DNA of 64,000 nucleotides from a bacterium (GCA_965216635.1 OZ244188.1:1504001-1568000); one strand, 5' to 3'; positions 40,246 through 51,713 are shown, counted from the stretch's first letter. Notes: generated by a model not told the origin, from the sequence alone. Numbers and translations are program-made.

Positions 40246-40455
40246 AAAGACGCAAAAATTTTTTATTTTTCTCAAAATACTAAAATTAGGGTTTGCTTTA
40301 TAGTAAAAATAATCTATACTTTGTTTATTGTTGGGTGTTTTTATCTATAGCTTTTAGACGCAGAAAAGAAAAATAAAGATTTTTGGAGTATATCATCAAA
40401 AGAGCTAGAGGAATATAAGAAAAAAACTAATTATAAACCGTTAATATTTTAAATT

Positions 40456-41109
40456 ATGGACGAACAAAAGTTATTACAAAATATAAAAAGTATTTTTGAT
40501 AAGAGATTTGATGGAATAGATAATAAATTTGATAAAATAGATGCGAAATTTGATAAGATAGATAAGAGATTTGATGGAATAGATAAGAGATTTGATAAAG
40601 TAGATAAGAGATTTGATAAAGTAGATAAGAAATTTGATAAAGTAGATAAGAAATTTGATAAACTTTCAAATAGTTTAGGTTTTGAAACAGAAAGTAGGGC
40701 TAATGCTTTCTTAAATAAAGAAATAGAATGTAGACATAAAATAGGAAAAGAATTATTTGATTATTCTACAGGTAGTTATACAATATGGGACAACAACAAA
40801 AACAAAATAAAAACAGAAATAGATAATATACTTGTTAATGGTAAAAATATCGGAATAGTTGAAACTAAAACTCTTTTAGAACCTCATAAAGTTAAAACTT
40901 TTTTGTCTAAAAATTTAAAACACTTTTTAGCCTTACCTCCAATTAGAAAAAAAGGTAAAACAATTACTATTAAAGATAAAACTTATATTTTATTTTTTAT
41001 GTGTAGGTTTATAACCAATGAAGATTATATAAAAGAAATGCTTAAAAAAAGTGGCAAGGAATTTTATATTTATCAGGAAGAGCCTTATAGAAAGTTTAAA
41101 ATAATATAG
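40456..41109 (+). CDS. Heptad-repeat coiled coil plus PD-(D/E)XK-like domain, copy 1
   Basis: 7 x FDK(I/V)DK(R/K)-type heptads, then EID...IVETK. Confidence 0.72.
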   Translation: MDEQKLLQNIKSIFDKRFDGIDNKFDKIDAKFDKIDKRFDGIDKRFDKVDKRFDKVDKKFDKVDKKFDKLSNSLGFETESRANAFLNKEIECRHKIGKELFDYSTGSYTIWDNNKNKIKTEIDNILVNGKNIGIVETKTLLEPHKVKTFLSKNLKHFLALPPIRKKGKTITIKDKTYILFFMCRFITNEDYIKEMLKKSGKEFYIYQEEPYRKFKII

Positions 41110-41248
41110 ACTTTGTTTAGTGCTGGGGTATTTTTATCTATAGCTTTTAGACACAGAAAAGAAAAATAGAGATATTTGGAATATATCACCAAAAGAGCTA
41201 GAGGAATATAAGAAAAAAACTAATTATAAACCGTTAATATTTAAAATT

Positions 41249-41797
41249 ATGGACGAACAAAAGTTATTGCAAAATATAAAAAGTATTTTTGATAATAAAT
41301 TTGATAAAATAGATAAGAGATTTGATAAAATAGATAAGAAATTTGATAAACTTTCAAATAGTTTAGGTTTTGAAACAGAAAGTAGGGCTAATGCTTTCTT
41401 AAATAAAGAAATAGAATGTAGACATAAAATAGGAAAAGAATTATTTGATTATTCTACAGGTAGTTATACAATATGGGACAACAACAAAAACAAAATAAAA
41501 ACAGAAATAGATAATATACTTGTTAATGGTAAAAATATCGGAATAGTTGAAACTAAAACTCTTTTAGAACCTCATAAAGTTAAAACTTTTTTGTCTAAAA
41601 ATTTAAAACACTTTTTAGCCTTACCTCCAATTAGAAAAAAAGGTAAAACAATTACTATTAAAGATAAAACTTATATTTTATTTTTTATGTGTAGGTTTAT
41701 AACCAATGAAGATTATATAAAAGAAATGCTTAAAAAAAGCGGCAAGGAATTTTATATTTATCAGGAAGAGCCTTACAGAGAGTTTAAAATAATATAA
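41249..41797 (+). CDS. Heptad-repeat coiled coil plus PD-(D/E)XK-like domain, copy 2
   Basis: Near-identical tandem copy with 5 fewer heptads. Confidence 0.72.
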   Translation: MDEQKLLQNIKSIFDNKFDKIDKRFDKIDKKFDKLSNSLGFETESRANAFLNKEIECRHKIGKELFDYSTGSYTIWDNNKNKIKTEIDNILVNGKNIGIVETKTLLEPHKVKTFLSKNLKHFLALPPIRKKGKTITIKDKTYILFFMCRFITNEDYIKEMLKKSGKEFYIYQEEPYREFKII

Positions 41798-42008
41798 TGA
41801 AAAAAACAACCCAAATCAGCTGCAAAACAACAGTAGAAGTAGTAATCTACCACTGCTCTTTTTATTCGCTTTCGTTAAATTGTAAAAGCAAAATGTCCCA
41901 TGCGGAATTTTACTAAATTGAGCCTCTTCTGTAGAGCCAGTCAAAGTAGCGACAGAAGATTTTCACCCTTGTATGGTAATTCTCTTGTATGGCTAATTCA
42001 ACAAGTCA

Positions 42009-42389
42009 ATGACTATTAAAAGACTAAATTCACTAAAAGTAGCAGCAGCAATAGGTCCCTATTCCCACGCTTCTGTCGTAGGTGAAACTATCTATCTATC
42101 GGGACAACTTGGGTTAGATCAAGAGGGCAATCTTGTTTCTGGAGGAATTGAAAGCGAAACCAAAAAAGTATTAAAAAATATTAAAGTACTGTTAGACGAT
42201 TTCGGTAGCGATTTAAGTGCTGTAATTAAGACTACTATTTTTTTAAAAAATATGGAAGATTATCAAAAAGTAAATGAGATTTATAATTCCAGTTTTATAA
42301 AGTATAGACCCGCTAGAAGTTGTGTTGAGGTTAGTGCTTTACCCAAAGGAGCAAACATAGAAATAGAGGTTATTGCAAATGTATTCTAA
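42009..42389 (+). CDS. ridA: RidA/YjgF family enamine deaminase
   Basis: IGPYS, SGQLG and PARSCVEV..LP....EIE motifs. Confidence 0.93.
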   Translation: MTIKRLNSLKVAAAIGPYSHASVVGETIYLSGQLGLDQEGNLVSGGIESETKKVLKNIKVLLDDFGSDLSAVIKTTIFLKNMEDYQKVNEIYNSSFIKYRPARSCVEVSALPKGANIEIEVIANVF

Positions 42390-43887
42390 AAAATATTTTT
42401 ATATTAGATGGATTAGTGTCGCTATTGTTGTCGGAATAATAATACAAGGGGTTCTTTTTTTATTTCCTACCTTTCTCTTTGCAGCCACTGCGGAGCACAG
42501 TTTAACTTCTTTGGCTTTTCCCTTACCTTTGGATAGCTATAAAGACGAAGGGTTGTCTCTTTTAAAAATTCTTAAACATAGAATTCAAGTAGAACCTTTT
42601 AACCTTGTAGTTTCTCTTATTTTTCTTATGGCTATTATACACGCCTTTACAGCCAATAAAATCACTCAGTTCTCGCATTCTTTAGAGACTCGCCACCACG
42701 AGAAACAAAAAAAATTGAAACAAAAAGAAACCCCTAGTTTAGCCGCAGAATTTACTCATTTTTTTGGAGAAGTGGAGGCTGTTTTTGGTATTTGGCTAGT
42801 AGTATTACTTTTCTTTTTTCTTGGTTTTAAAGGTTGGCATGCTTTTGAAAGCTACATCAATAACGTGAAATATACAGAGGCAGTTTTTGTAGTTGTAATT
42901 ATGGCTATGGCAGCTTCTCGTCCCATCCTGCTTTTAGCGTCTAATAATATCAAAATTATAGCTAATCTATTCGGTGGAACTACTGCTGCCTACTGGTTTT
43001 GTATATTATCCTTTCCTCCTTTGATTGGCTCTTTTATTACAGAGCCAGCGGCGATGACGATTGCAGCTCTTTTATTGGCAAAACAGTTTTATGAAAAAAA
43101 ACCTTCTACTAGGTTTGCTTATGCTACCATCGGTTTACTTTTTGTCAATGTTTCTGTAGGAGGCACACTAACACATTTTGCAGCTCCGCCTGTTCTTATT
43201 GTAGCGAACGCCTGGGATTGGGGTATAGTTCATATGGCTAGCAATTTTGGTTGGAAAGCTGCTTTAGGAATTCTTACCGCTAATACAGTCTATTTTATTA
43301 TTTTTCGCTCTGAATTTAAAAAAATGGAACCACACAAAGACTCCGATATTGCTGAAAAAATTCCGTTAGTTATTACAGCAGTGCATATTTTATTTATTGT
43401 GTGGACTGTGCTGACAGGTCACTACATTCCTTTATTTGTAGGAGGTTTCTTATTTTTTCTAGCCTTTGCGCAGGCGACTAGAGAATTTCAATCTAGAATC
43501 AACCTCAAACCGCCCCTTTTAGTCGGTTTTTTTCTGGCAGGACTAGTTACTCACGGAGGATTGCAGGCTTGGTGGATAGCTCCCGTTTTGAGTAGCTTAT
43601 CAGAATTGCAACTTTTTTGGGGAGCTACTATTTTGACTGCCTTCAACGACAACGCAGCGATTACCTATCTCAGCTCTCTTGTGCCGAATTTTTCTGATAG
43701 TATGAAATACGCAGTAGTAGCAGGAGCCTTAACAGGTGGAGGACTGACTGTGATTGCCAATGCTCCAAATCCTGCTGGACAATCTATTTTGAGTAAATAT
43801 TTTAAAAATGGAGTCTCACCTCTTGGATTAGTAGCTGGAGCATTAATACCTACTTTGATTATGGCTGCATTCTTTCTTCTTTTATAA
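42379..43887 (+). CDS. Putative Na+/H+ antiporter (DUF1504 family)
   Basis: GEVEAVFGIW, GSFITEPAAMT, DNAAITYL and GGGLTVIANAPNPAG motifs. Confidence 0.85.
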   Translation: MYSKKYFYIRWISVAIVVGIIIQGVLFLFPTFLFAATAEHSLTSLAFPLPLDSYKDEGLSLLKILKHRIQVEPFNLVVSLIFLMAIIHAFTANKITQFSHSLETRHHEKQKKLKQKETPSLAAEFTHFFGEVEAVFGIWLVVLLFFFLGFKGWHAFESYINNVKYTEAVFVVVIMAMAASRPILLLASNNIKIIANLFGGTTAAYWFCILSFPPLIGSFITEPAAMTIAALLLAKQFYEKKPSTRFAYATIGLLFVNVSVGGTLTHFAAPPVLIVANAWDWGIVHMASNFGWKAALGILTANTVYFIIFRSEFKKMEPHKDSDIAEKIPLVITAVHILFIVWTVLTGHYIPLFVGGFLFFLAFAQATREFQSRINLKPPLLVGFFLAGLVTHGGLQAWWIAPVLSSLSELQLFWGATILTAFNDNAAITYLSSLVPNFSDSMKYAVVAGALTGGGLTVIANAPNPAGQSILSKYFKNGVSPLGLVAGALIPTLIMAAFFLLL

Positions 43888-44048
43888 AAATATTAAGGAA
43901 AAATTCTTTATTTTAACAAGAGAAAATCTTAGCTTGAGTTGTCTAGAACTTGCTTGAAGAGTTACTAAAATGGATTGGAGTATTAAAGCAAAACCTTTGA
44001 ATTGCTAAAAACCCAAGTTCAGAGTAGCTCACCCTAAAATCATACGCT

Positions 44049-45464
44049 ATGAATACCACCAAAAAACTGCAATACGATATCTTAAAAACACCGGTTAACA
44101 GAATGCTTTTTCTGATGGCCACACCCGTAAGTCTGGGTATGCTGTCAACATTTTTGTTTCAGGTAGTGGATACATTTTTTGTAGGTAGACTTGGATCAGC
44201 GGAACTCGCTGCACTTGCTTTTGCTTCCACCGTCGACTTTCTCTTGGTTGGCATTTTTGTAGGTATGTCCATTGGTGTTTCTTCTGTGATAGCAAAGGCT
44301 TCCGGTGAACACAATCACCAGAAAGTAAAGCAATTAGCAACCCTTTCTCTGCTCCTTACGTTTTTACTTTCCATTACACTCAGCGTAATCGGATATTTCA
44401 CCATTGACATTGTATTTGGTGTTTTAGGCGCAGGCAGTAAAACACTTACGTTCATTAGAGAGTATATGCAAATCCTCTATATTTCTTTCCCACTCTTGAT
44501 GATAGGGATCGTTGGTAGTGGAATCATAAGAGCAACTGGAGTCATTCGGCTTTCAGAAATTATATTTGGAATTGCAGGTGTCATTAATCTTGTTTTTGAC
44601 TATTTACTCATTTTTGGTATTGGCCCCTTTCCCGAATTAGAGTTTAAGGGTGCGGCAATGGCATCGGCGCTGTCATTTACGTTTACGTTTATCGGCCTGA
44701 TGTTCCTTATGTTCCAAAAAAAGCTTATCAGTATACGAGTAATTACTTCGTGGATAAAAAACATAACAGCATATCGAGAAATCTTGCGTCTAGCACTGCC
44801 CGCCATTGGTATGCAAATACTCGTGCCTGCAATCGGCATGTTTGTAATATTTTTATTGTCACGATTTGGAACAGAGATTGTGGCAGCTTATGGAGTTGCA
44901 GCTAGGATTGAGGCGTTAGCTCTAGTAGGAATCTTTGCTATAAGTATGTCAGTGACCCCGTTTATCGCCCAAAACTTTGGAGCAAAAGAGCATGATAGAA
45001 TCGATGAGGCAATCGTTTTTGCAGGTAAGACATCAGTGTATCTAGGAATGCTCCTGTTTTTAGTATTAGCGATTTTTGGTTCGCATGTAGCTAAAATTTT
45101 CAGTGCAGATCTAGGTATCATACAACTGGTAAGTCTTTATTTTAAGATAGTAGCAATCTCGTATGGGCTATATGGCATAATGAACGTTACTTCAGCTATT
45201 TTCAACGGACTTCAGATGCCTCAACAATCTTTACAAATAGCGCTTGTTAAAACTTTCGTCTTTAGTGTGCCATTAATTATTATAGGCAGTTTCTTTAGTG
45301 CGGAGGTGATCTTCGTGGCACTCGCCGTTAGTAATATACTTGGCGGATTGTATGCTGGGGTATTGATGAAGAAATCTATGAGAAAGTGGAACAGACCTCT
45401 TGCTAAAGTTAATGTATTGCAGTCATACGTAAACGATATAAAACGAGTGTTAAGAATAAAATGA
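44049..45464 (+). CDS. MATE family efflux transporter
   Basis: About 12 TM segments; VDTFFVGRLG and AQNFGA motifs. Confidence 0.92.
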   Translation: MNTTKKLQYDILKTPVNRMLFLMATPVSLGMLSTFLFQVVDTFFVGRLGSAELAALAFASTVDFLLVGIFVGMSIGVSSVIAKASGEHNHQKVKQLATLSLLLTFLLSITLSVIGYFTIDIVFGVLGAGSKTLTFIREYMQILYISFPLLMIGIVGSGIIRATGVIRLSEIIFGIAGVINLVFDYLLIFGIGPFPELEFKGAAMASALSFTFTFIGLMFLMFQKKLISIRVITSWIKNITAYREILRLALPAIGMQILVPAIGMFVIFLLSRFGTEIVAAYGVAARIEALALVGIFAISMSVTPFIAQNFGAKEHDRIDEAIVFAGKTSVYLGMLLFLVLAIFGSHVAKIFSADLGIIQLVSLYFKIVAISYGLYGIMNVTSAIFNGLQMPQQSLQIALVKTFVFSVPLIIIGSFFSAEVIFVALAVSNILGGLYAGVLMKKSMRKWNRPLAKVNVLQSYVNDIKRVLRIK

Positions 45465-46073
45465 TGCCGGCTACTTTTGCCTACAAAATAAAAATAACCC
45501 TTTTTAAGGATAGTCAAGTTTTGTAATATTTTGCACTACGGCATTGGAAAAGTTTTTGTCTCTGGAAATACTCTTATTGCTATTTAGTTGCATAAGGGTT
45601 ATCGCCAAGATGCTTTCTAGCACTTTAGCTCTCTATTTTTAGAAAATGCAAGATTTATAGAATTTTTGTTCTATAATATTCCTGCGAGACAAAAATTTGT
45701 GAAAAATACTCACATACTAATCTTATTGCCTTAAATTATTTATGAGCTATAGTAAAATATCAAAATAACCAACTGTATGAAAAATCGAAATACGATAGAA
45801 TTTTTGTGTAAGAGTGTCAGTGGCACTCTTGCAATAGACAATAATAAGTCTACACCAACAAAGCGGGCTCTTTTACAGCCCGCTTTTGATAAGACTAAAT
45901 TTTTTGGAGTTTCGCTTTTGACGATATGCTCCGCAATTTCTGCGTATTTTTGCCTTGCCTAGACTTTGTCTAGTGCCTCAAAAAGGTCTTAAGATTAGTT
46001 CGGCAATGTATGAAAATAGAATTTTTTTTTTTAATTTTTGTGTTATAATGATTTAATTTTACAAAAAACTATA

Positions 46074-48860
46074 ATGAAACAATTACAAATGGATGCCTCT
46101 ACAGTAGAGCAGATGTACGCACTTTACCAAAAAGATCCTAACAGTTTAGACGCAAGTTGGCAAGGTTTTTTTAAAGGAGTAGAGTTTTCTCAGACTAGTT
46201 CGCTGGGTTCTGGATTATTGGGTTCGCAGTCTCAGTCTGGAGTTTTTATAAATCAGGAAATGAGTACTAATGGTAACGGCTTGAGCGATAAGGTTCGCAA
46301 GGAAACCAATATTTTTAATATAATTTTAGCCTACCGCAGCCGAGGACATCTCTTTGCAGATATTTCTCCTGTGCGAGAGAGAGAAAAATATACTCCGACC
46401 ATTTCTTTAGATAAATTTCAGCTCAACGAAGAAGATTTAGATCTAACCTTTAATGCAGGAGCAGAGATAGGATTGGGCAAAGCTACTTTAAGACAAATCA
46501 TTGAACATTTGGAAGTGACTTACTGCGGGACTATAGGTTCGGAATTTATGTATATTCGCAACCCTGATGCGATTGAATGGATTAGTAGTAGGATTGAAAA
46601 AAATAGAAATAAACCAAGTTTTTCTAAAAATAAAAAACTACGGATTTTGGATATTCTCAATAAAGCGGTAAGTTTTGAAAAATTTATGCACACTCGTTTT
46701 GTTGGGCAAAAAAGATTTTCTTTAGAAGGAAGCGAATCTATCATTCCAGCGCTAGATAGTATTATCAATGTAGGAGCTAAACTAGGAATTGAAGAATTTG
46801 TAATTGGTATGGCTCATAGAGGCCGTTTGAATATCTTGGCAAATATTATGGAAAAGGAAGCGGAAACTATTTTTTCTGAATTTTTTGGTAGGGCTTATGA
46901 AGGCGACCAATTTGGAGGAGATGTGAAATATCACATGGGATTTTCTTCGGATAAATATACTACTTTGGGAAAAAGAATTCATATGAGTATGCCTCCCAAC
47001 CCTTCGCATTTGGAAGCAGTTAATCCAGTTGTAGAAGGTATTGTGGGAGCAAAAATTCGCGATAGATATAGTATGGATCATAGCAAAATTGCTCCTATTC
47101 TTATTCACGGAGATGCAGCTATTGCAGGGCAGGGAATCAATTATGAAGTATCACAAATGTCCGAATTAAAAGGCTATAAAACAGGCGGAACTATTCATTT
47201 GGTTCTAAACAATCAAATAGGTTTCACGACTGGTTATAAAGATGCTCGTAGCAGTACCTACTGCACTGATTTAGCAAAAGTAACTAAATCTCCAGTCTTT
47301 CATGTCAATGGAGACGATATTGAAGCAGTAGTGCATATTATCCGTTTGGCTTTGGAATTCAGACAAGAATTTTCCAGAGATATTTATATTGATATTATTA
47401 GTTACCGCAAACACGGACACAACGAAGGAGACGATCCTCGTTTTACACAACCCGACCTTTATAAAAAAATAAACCAACATCCCGATCCTCGCCAGATTTA
47501 TATCAATCGGCTAATGAAAGATGGTTTTATTGAAGAAGGTTATTTAGAAAAAATTGACGGAGAGTTTTGCTCTCATTTAGACAAACAATTAGAAAAAGCG
47601 AAAAAAGAAGATCACGGACAACTTAATTCATTTTTTGCAGGGGACTGGAGAGGAATGAATTTGCCATTAAAAGAAGAAATTTATAGCTCGCCTGTGAGCG
47701 GAGTAGATGAAAAAAAATTAGAAGAAGTTGCTAAAGAAATCACCATTTTACCGAAAGAATGCAAGTTTTTTTATAAAGCGGAAAAAATCTACAATGCTAG
47801 ATATAATTTGTTTTTTAAAGAAAAAAAGGTGGATTGGGCGTTAGGAGAGCAGCTAGCTTGGGCTACCCTTTTGGCAGAAGGTCATAATGTTCGTATCAGC
47901 GGACAAGATGTCCAAAGAGGAACTTTTGCCCACCGCCACGCTGTACTTTTATTGGAAAATTATGAAAATGAAACAGAATATATCCCACTAGAGAGTATTT
48001 GTAGCAATCAAGGCCGCTTTGAAATTATCAACTCCCTACTCTCTGAATACGGGGTACTAGGCTTTGAATATGGTTTCTCTATGGCATCCCCGAATACTCT
48101 TACCGTTTGGGAAGCACAGTTTGGTGATTTTCACAACGGGGCACAGACGATCATTGACCAATTTGTAGTTTCTGGGGAAAGTAAGTGGCAAAGAATGAAT
48201 GGACTTGTGATCCAATTACCCCACGGTTATGAAGGACAGGGACCTGAACATTCTTCTGCGAGAATAGAGAGATTTTTGGATCTTTGTGCGGAAAATAATA
48301 TTATAGTTGCCAACTGCACAACTCCTGCAAATTTTTTCCATTTTTTAAGACGGCAAATAGTGCGCAGTTTTCGTAAACCCGCAATTGTTTTTACTCCTAA
48401 AAGTATGCTACGGAATCCCGAATGTCAAAGCTCCATTTCTGAAATGATCGGTGAGACAAAGTTTCAAGAAATCATAGATGATACTATAGAGAATGTGGAA
48501 CAGGTACGCAAAGTTTTGTTTTGCAGTGGAAAACTTTATTACGATTTGCTAGCTTACAAAAAGGAAAAAAATATAGAACATACAGCTATTGTGAGACTAG
48601 AACAGATTTACCCTTTGAGAACAGATATATTGCAAAAAATTAAGAACAAATATTCTAATGCAAAAACATTTCTTTGGGTGCAAGAAGAGCCTGCTAATAT
48701 GGGAGCTTGGACTTTTATAAACACTCGGTTTCCTAAAGAATTTGAAATAGAATTAATTGCCAGAGAGGAAAGTAGTGTTACAGCTACTGGTTTTATTCAA
48801 CAGCATTTGGAAGACCAAAAGCAGTTGGTAGAGGATTGTTTTGTTCCCATCAATATTTAA
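46074..48860 (+). CDS. sucA: 2-oxoglutarate dehydrogenase E1
   Basis: KRFSLEG, GMAHRGRLN, NPSHLE, WEAQFGDF and GPEHSSAR motifs. Confidence 0.97.
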   Translation: MKQLQMDASTVEQMYALYQKDPNSLDASWQGFFKGVEFSQTSSLGSGLLGSQSQSGVFINQEMSTNGNGLSDKVRKETNIFNIILAYRSRGHLFADISPVREREKYTPTISLDKFQLNEEDLDLTFNAGAEIGLGKATLRQIIEHLEVTYCGTIGSEFMYIRNPDAIEWISSRIEKNRNKPSFSKNKKLRILDILNKAVSFEKFMHTRFVGQKRFSLEGSESIIPALDSIINVGAKLGIEEFVIGMAHRGRLNILANIMEKEAETIFSEFFGRAYEGDQFGGDVKYHMGFSSDKYTTLGKRIHMSMPPNPSHLEAVNPVVEGIVGAKIRDRYSMDHSKIAPILIHGDAAIAGQGINYEVSQMSELKGYKTGGTIHLVLNNQIGFTTGYKDARSSTYCTDLAKVTKSPVFHVNGDDIEAVVHIIRLALEFRQEFSRDIYIDIISYRKHGHNEGDDPRFTQPDLYKKINQHPDPRQIYINRLMKDGFIEEGYLEKIDGEFCSHLDKQLEKAKKEDHGQLNSFFAGDWRGMNLPLKEEIYSSPVSGVDEKKLEEVAKEITILPKECKFFYKAEKIYNARYNLFFKEKKVDWALGEQLAWATLLAEGHNVRISGQDVQRGTFAHRHAVLLLENYENETEYIPLESICSNQGRFEIINSLLSEYGVLGFEYGFSMASPNTLTVWEAQFGDFHNGAQTIIDQFVVSGESKWQRMNGLVIQLPHGYEGQGPEHSSARIERFLDLCAENNIIVANCTTPANFFHFLRRQIVRSFRKPAIVFTPKSMLRNPECQSSISEMIGETKFQEIIDDTIENVEQVRKVLFCSGKLYYDLLAYKKEKNIEHTAIVRLEQIYPLRTDILQKIKNKYSNAKTFLWVQEEPANMGAWTFINTRFPKEFEIELIAREESSVTATGFIQQHLEDQKQLVEDCFVPINI

Positions 48861-48864
48861 AAAA

Positions 48865-49848
48865 ATGAAAAAAATAGTATTATTTAACAACAAAGGAGGC
48901 GTTGGCAAAACCACATTTTTATTTCATTTAGGATACGCATTAGAATCTTTAGGTAAAAAAATTTTTTTTGTGGATTTAGACCCTCAATGCAATCTAACTA
49001 CCTACCTATTGACAGACTCTGAAATAGAAGAACAGATTAATGCAAAAGAAACTATTTACGATGGAGTATCTCCATTGATAGAAGGCACAGGAGATATAAG
49101 CGAATTAAAGCCATTCAAAAAAAAAGATAGAAATATTTGGTTGCTGTCTGGAGATATAAAATTGAGTCAATTTGAAGATATTTTAGCGTCTGCTTGGTTA
49201 GAATCAATGGCAGGACAACAAAGAGGATTTAGAATAATATCATCAATTTATAGAATAATAGACAAGATTTCTAGGGTTAAAGATATTGATTATATTCTTA
49301 TAGATGTGGGTCCTAATCTTGGATCTTTAAATAAAACGACTCTTTTAGCTTGTGATAACTTCTTTATACCTGTAATTCCTGATTTATTTTCAATTAGAGG
49401 TTTAGAAAATATTGGAAAAATTTTTATTCAATGGATTACGCAATGGGAAAATATGAAAAGTAAGTTAGATTTAAACTTTTCAATTCAAGAAGGAAAACCA
49501 ACATTCTCTGGCTACATAGACCAAAATTTTAATATTTATAGAGCAGATAAAACAAAAAGTTGGGAGTACTGGAGTAAAATAATTCCTGAAAAAATAGATA
49601 GTAATATAGTTAAACCTTTTAAAGAAAACTCTAAAGATTTAGTAATAGATTTAAACGGTGGTTTTAATTGTTTAGGAAAATTTAAAAATTACCACAGTTT
49701 AGCTCCTCTTTCACAGAAACTTTTAAAGCCTATTTTTGAACTCAAATACAACGATGAAGGAATGAATGCTGAATATAATAATGTTATAAAGCAATGCAAG
49801 GTAGAATTTAATGAAATTGCAGAAAAAGTAACCCAATTTTTAAATTAA
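48865..49848 (+). CDS. ParA-family ATPase, orphan
   Basis: FNNKGGVGKTT, DLDPQCNLT and DVGPNLG motifs. Confidence 0.88.
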   Translation: MKKIVLFNNKGGVGKTTFLFHLGYALESLGKKIFFVDLDPQCNLTTYLLTDSEIEEQINAKETIYDGVSPLIEGTGDISELKPFKKKDRNIWLLSGDIKLSQFEDILASAWLESMAGQQRGFRIISSIYRIIDKISRVKDIDYILIDVGPNLGSLNKTTLLACDNFFIPVIPDLFSIRGLENIGKIFIQWITQWENMKSKLDLNFSIQEGKPTFSGYIDQNFNIYRADKTKSWEYWSKIIPEKIDSNIVKPFKENSKDLVIDLNGGFNCLGKFKNYHSLAPLSQKLLKPIFELKYNDEGMNAEYNNVIKQCKVEFNEIAEKVTQFLN

Positions 49849-49887
49849 AGTGTTTTATCAAACACTATATAAATACTTAAGATAATT

Positions 49888-51702
49888 ATGGAACAAACTA
49901 TTACAGCTCCCAGTCCGGGGGAATCTATTACAGAAGTCATTTTAAACTGGACCAAAAAGGACGGAGATTTTATCAAAAAGAATGAAGTTGTTGCAGAATT
50001 TGAATCCGAAAAAGCTTCCTTAGAAGTTGTAGCTGAACAGGATGGAATTTTAAAAATATCTGTAGAAGATGGTAAGGAATGCTTAGTGGGGCAAGAAGTA
50101 GGTAAGATAATGGAAGGAGAAAAAGCTAGCAGTGCCAACAATGAAGCCAGTAATAAAACCAGTAATGAAACCAGCAATGAAACCAGCAATAAAACCAGCA
50201 ATGAAGCCAGTAATGCAACCAGTACTGAAGAGGAGAATGCAAAGCAACCAGAAACCAGCAAAACTAACACAACAGAGGGTGCCAATAAAGAAGAAATGGT
50301 AAAAGCAGAAAAACCTAGTCCACCTAAAATGGGTAAAAAATTAGAAGTTATTATTCCATCTTCTGGTGAATCTATTACGGAAGTAGAAGTTGGAAGCTGG
50401 TTTAAAAAGGATGGTGAGTTTGTAGTAAAAGATGAAGAACTTGTAGAAATTGAAAGTGAAAAGGCAAACTTGATAATCGGTGCCGATATGGCAGGTATTC
50501 TTTCCATAAAAATCGAGCAAGGAAAAACAGCTCGTGTAGGTGATATTGTAGCGGTTATTGTAGAAACCAGTGAGCTTCCAGCGGTTTCTCCTGATGTAGC
50601 AGATGTGCCATCCACTGGGGAGATAATAGAACCAAAAATTTCAAAGGAAGAAACTCCAAAAGAAGCAAGCCTAAAAGAGAAAACTCCAGCGGAAAAAACC
50701 AGCGAATCAGTAGCAGAACCAGCAATCTCTAAAACAACTCAAAGCTTTGCATCTCCTGCAGCTGCAAAGATGATGAAAGAAGAAAATATTATTTTAGAAA
50801 AAGGTAGTGGTAAGGGAGATAGAATCACAAAAGCCGATGTGCTAGAGGCAAAACAAGAACCTACCTCACTTGAGAAAGAAAATAAAAATGCCTTTCCGCC
50901 TGCTTTTTCCAAGGGGACAGAAGAAACAATTTTAGCTCACGAAAATTTGAGTGAAAGAAAATTGGAAGTAGATCTTTCACAGACTTATAGAGCAGATAGA
51001 AAAATAGAAAACAGAAAAATTAGTTTTATCCGTAAAAAAATTGCAGAAAAATTGCTTTTCGTGAAGCAAAATACAGCGATGTTGACTACCTTTAATGAAT
51101 TGAATATGGGAGCTATTCAAAAGGTTCGTGCAGAGTATAAAAATTCTTTCCAAAAGGTCTACAACATCAAACTAGGTTTTTTATCTTTTTTTGTAAAAGC
51201 TAGCTGTTTGGCTTTGAAGGAATTGCCCGAAGTCAATTCACAATTAGATTTAGAAAAAGCAGAGCAGTCTATTCCCAATTATGTGGATATGGGAATAGCC
51301 GTTAGTAGTCCAAAAGGTTTAATGGTTCCTGTGATTAAGGATGCAGATAAAATGGGTCTAGCCCAGATTGAATTAGAAATTTCTCGTCTTGCAAGAAAAG
51401 CAAGAGAAGGTAAATTGAAAGTAGAAGAAATGACGGGAGGCACTTTTACCATTACGAACGGAGGGGTTTTTGGCTCTATGTTATCTACTCCTATTTTAAA
51501 CCCACCTCAGAGTGCTATTTTGGGTATGCACAATATAGTGCAAAGAGCTGTCGTTATAGATGGCAAAATAGAAATAGCAGATATTATGTATCTTGCTTTG
51601 AGTTATGATCACCGAGTTATTGATGGCAAGGAAGCAGTGAGTTTTCTTGTAAGGACAAGGGATTATCTTGAGAATCCTGTGAGAATGTTATTGGAATTGT
51701 AA
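49888..51702 (+). CDS. sucB: Dihydrolipoamide succinyltransferase E2 with two lipoyl domains
   Basis: Two ESEKA lipoyl sites, [18 protein letters not shown] and YDHRVIDG. Confidence 0.96.
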   Translation: MEQTITAPSPGESITEVILNWTKKDGDFIKKNEVVAEFESEKASLEVVAEQDGILKISVEDGKECLVGQEVGKIMEGEKASSANNEASNKTSNETSNETSNKTSNEASNATSTEEENAKQPETSKTNTTEGANKEEMVKAEKPSPPKMGKKLEVIIPSSGESITEVEVGSWFKKDGEFVVKDEELVEIESEKANLIIGADMAGILSIKIEQGKTARVGDIVAVIVETSELPAVSPDVADVPSTGEIIEPKISKEETPKEASLKEKTPAEKTSESVAEPAISKTTQSFASPAAAKMMKEENIILEKGSGKGDRITKADVLEAKQEPTSLEKENKNAFPPAFSKGTEETILAHENLSERKLEVDLSQTYRADRKIENRKISFIRKKIAEKLLFVKQNTAMLTTFNELNMGAIQKVRAEYKNSFQKVYNIKLGFLSFFVKASCLALKELPEVNSQLDLEKAEQSIPNYVDMGIAVSSPKGLMVPVIKDADKMGLAQIELEISRLARKAREGKLKVEEMTGGTFTITNGGVFGSMLSTPILNPPQSAILGMHNIVQRAVVIDGKIEIADIMYLALSYDHRVIDGKEAVSFLVRTRDYLENPVRMLLEL

Positions 51703-51713
51703 GAAGAAAATTT

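Noticed and set aside
41110..41248. Read-through fusion of the two heptad-nuclease copies
   Set aside because: The copies are in different frames and the spacer contains stop codons.
41920..41965. Hairpin TCTTCTGT...ACAGAAGA as SRP RNA or a riboswitch
   Set aside because: It lacks the SRP helix-8 GNRA/AGCAG motif and matches no riboswitch consensus I recognise.
49845..50615. 256-aa minus-strand ORF
   Set aside because: It is an antisense shadow of sucB.
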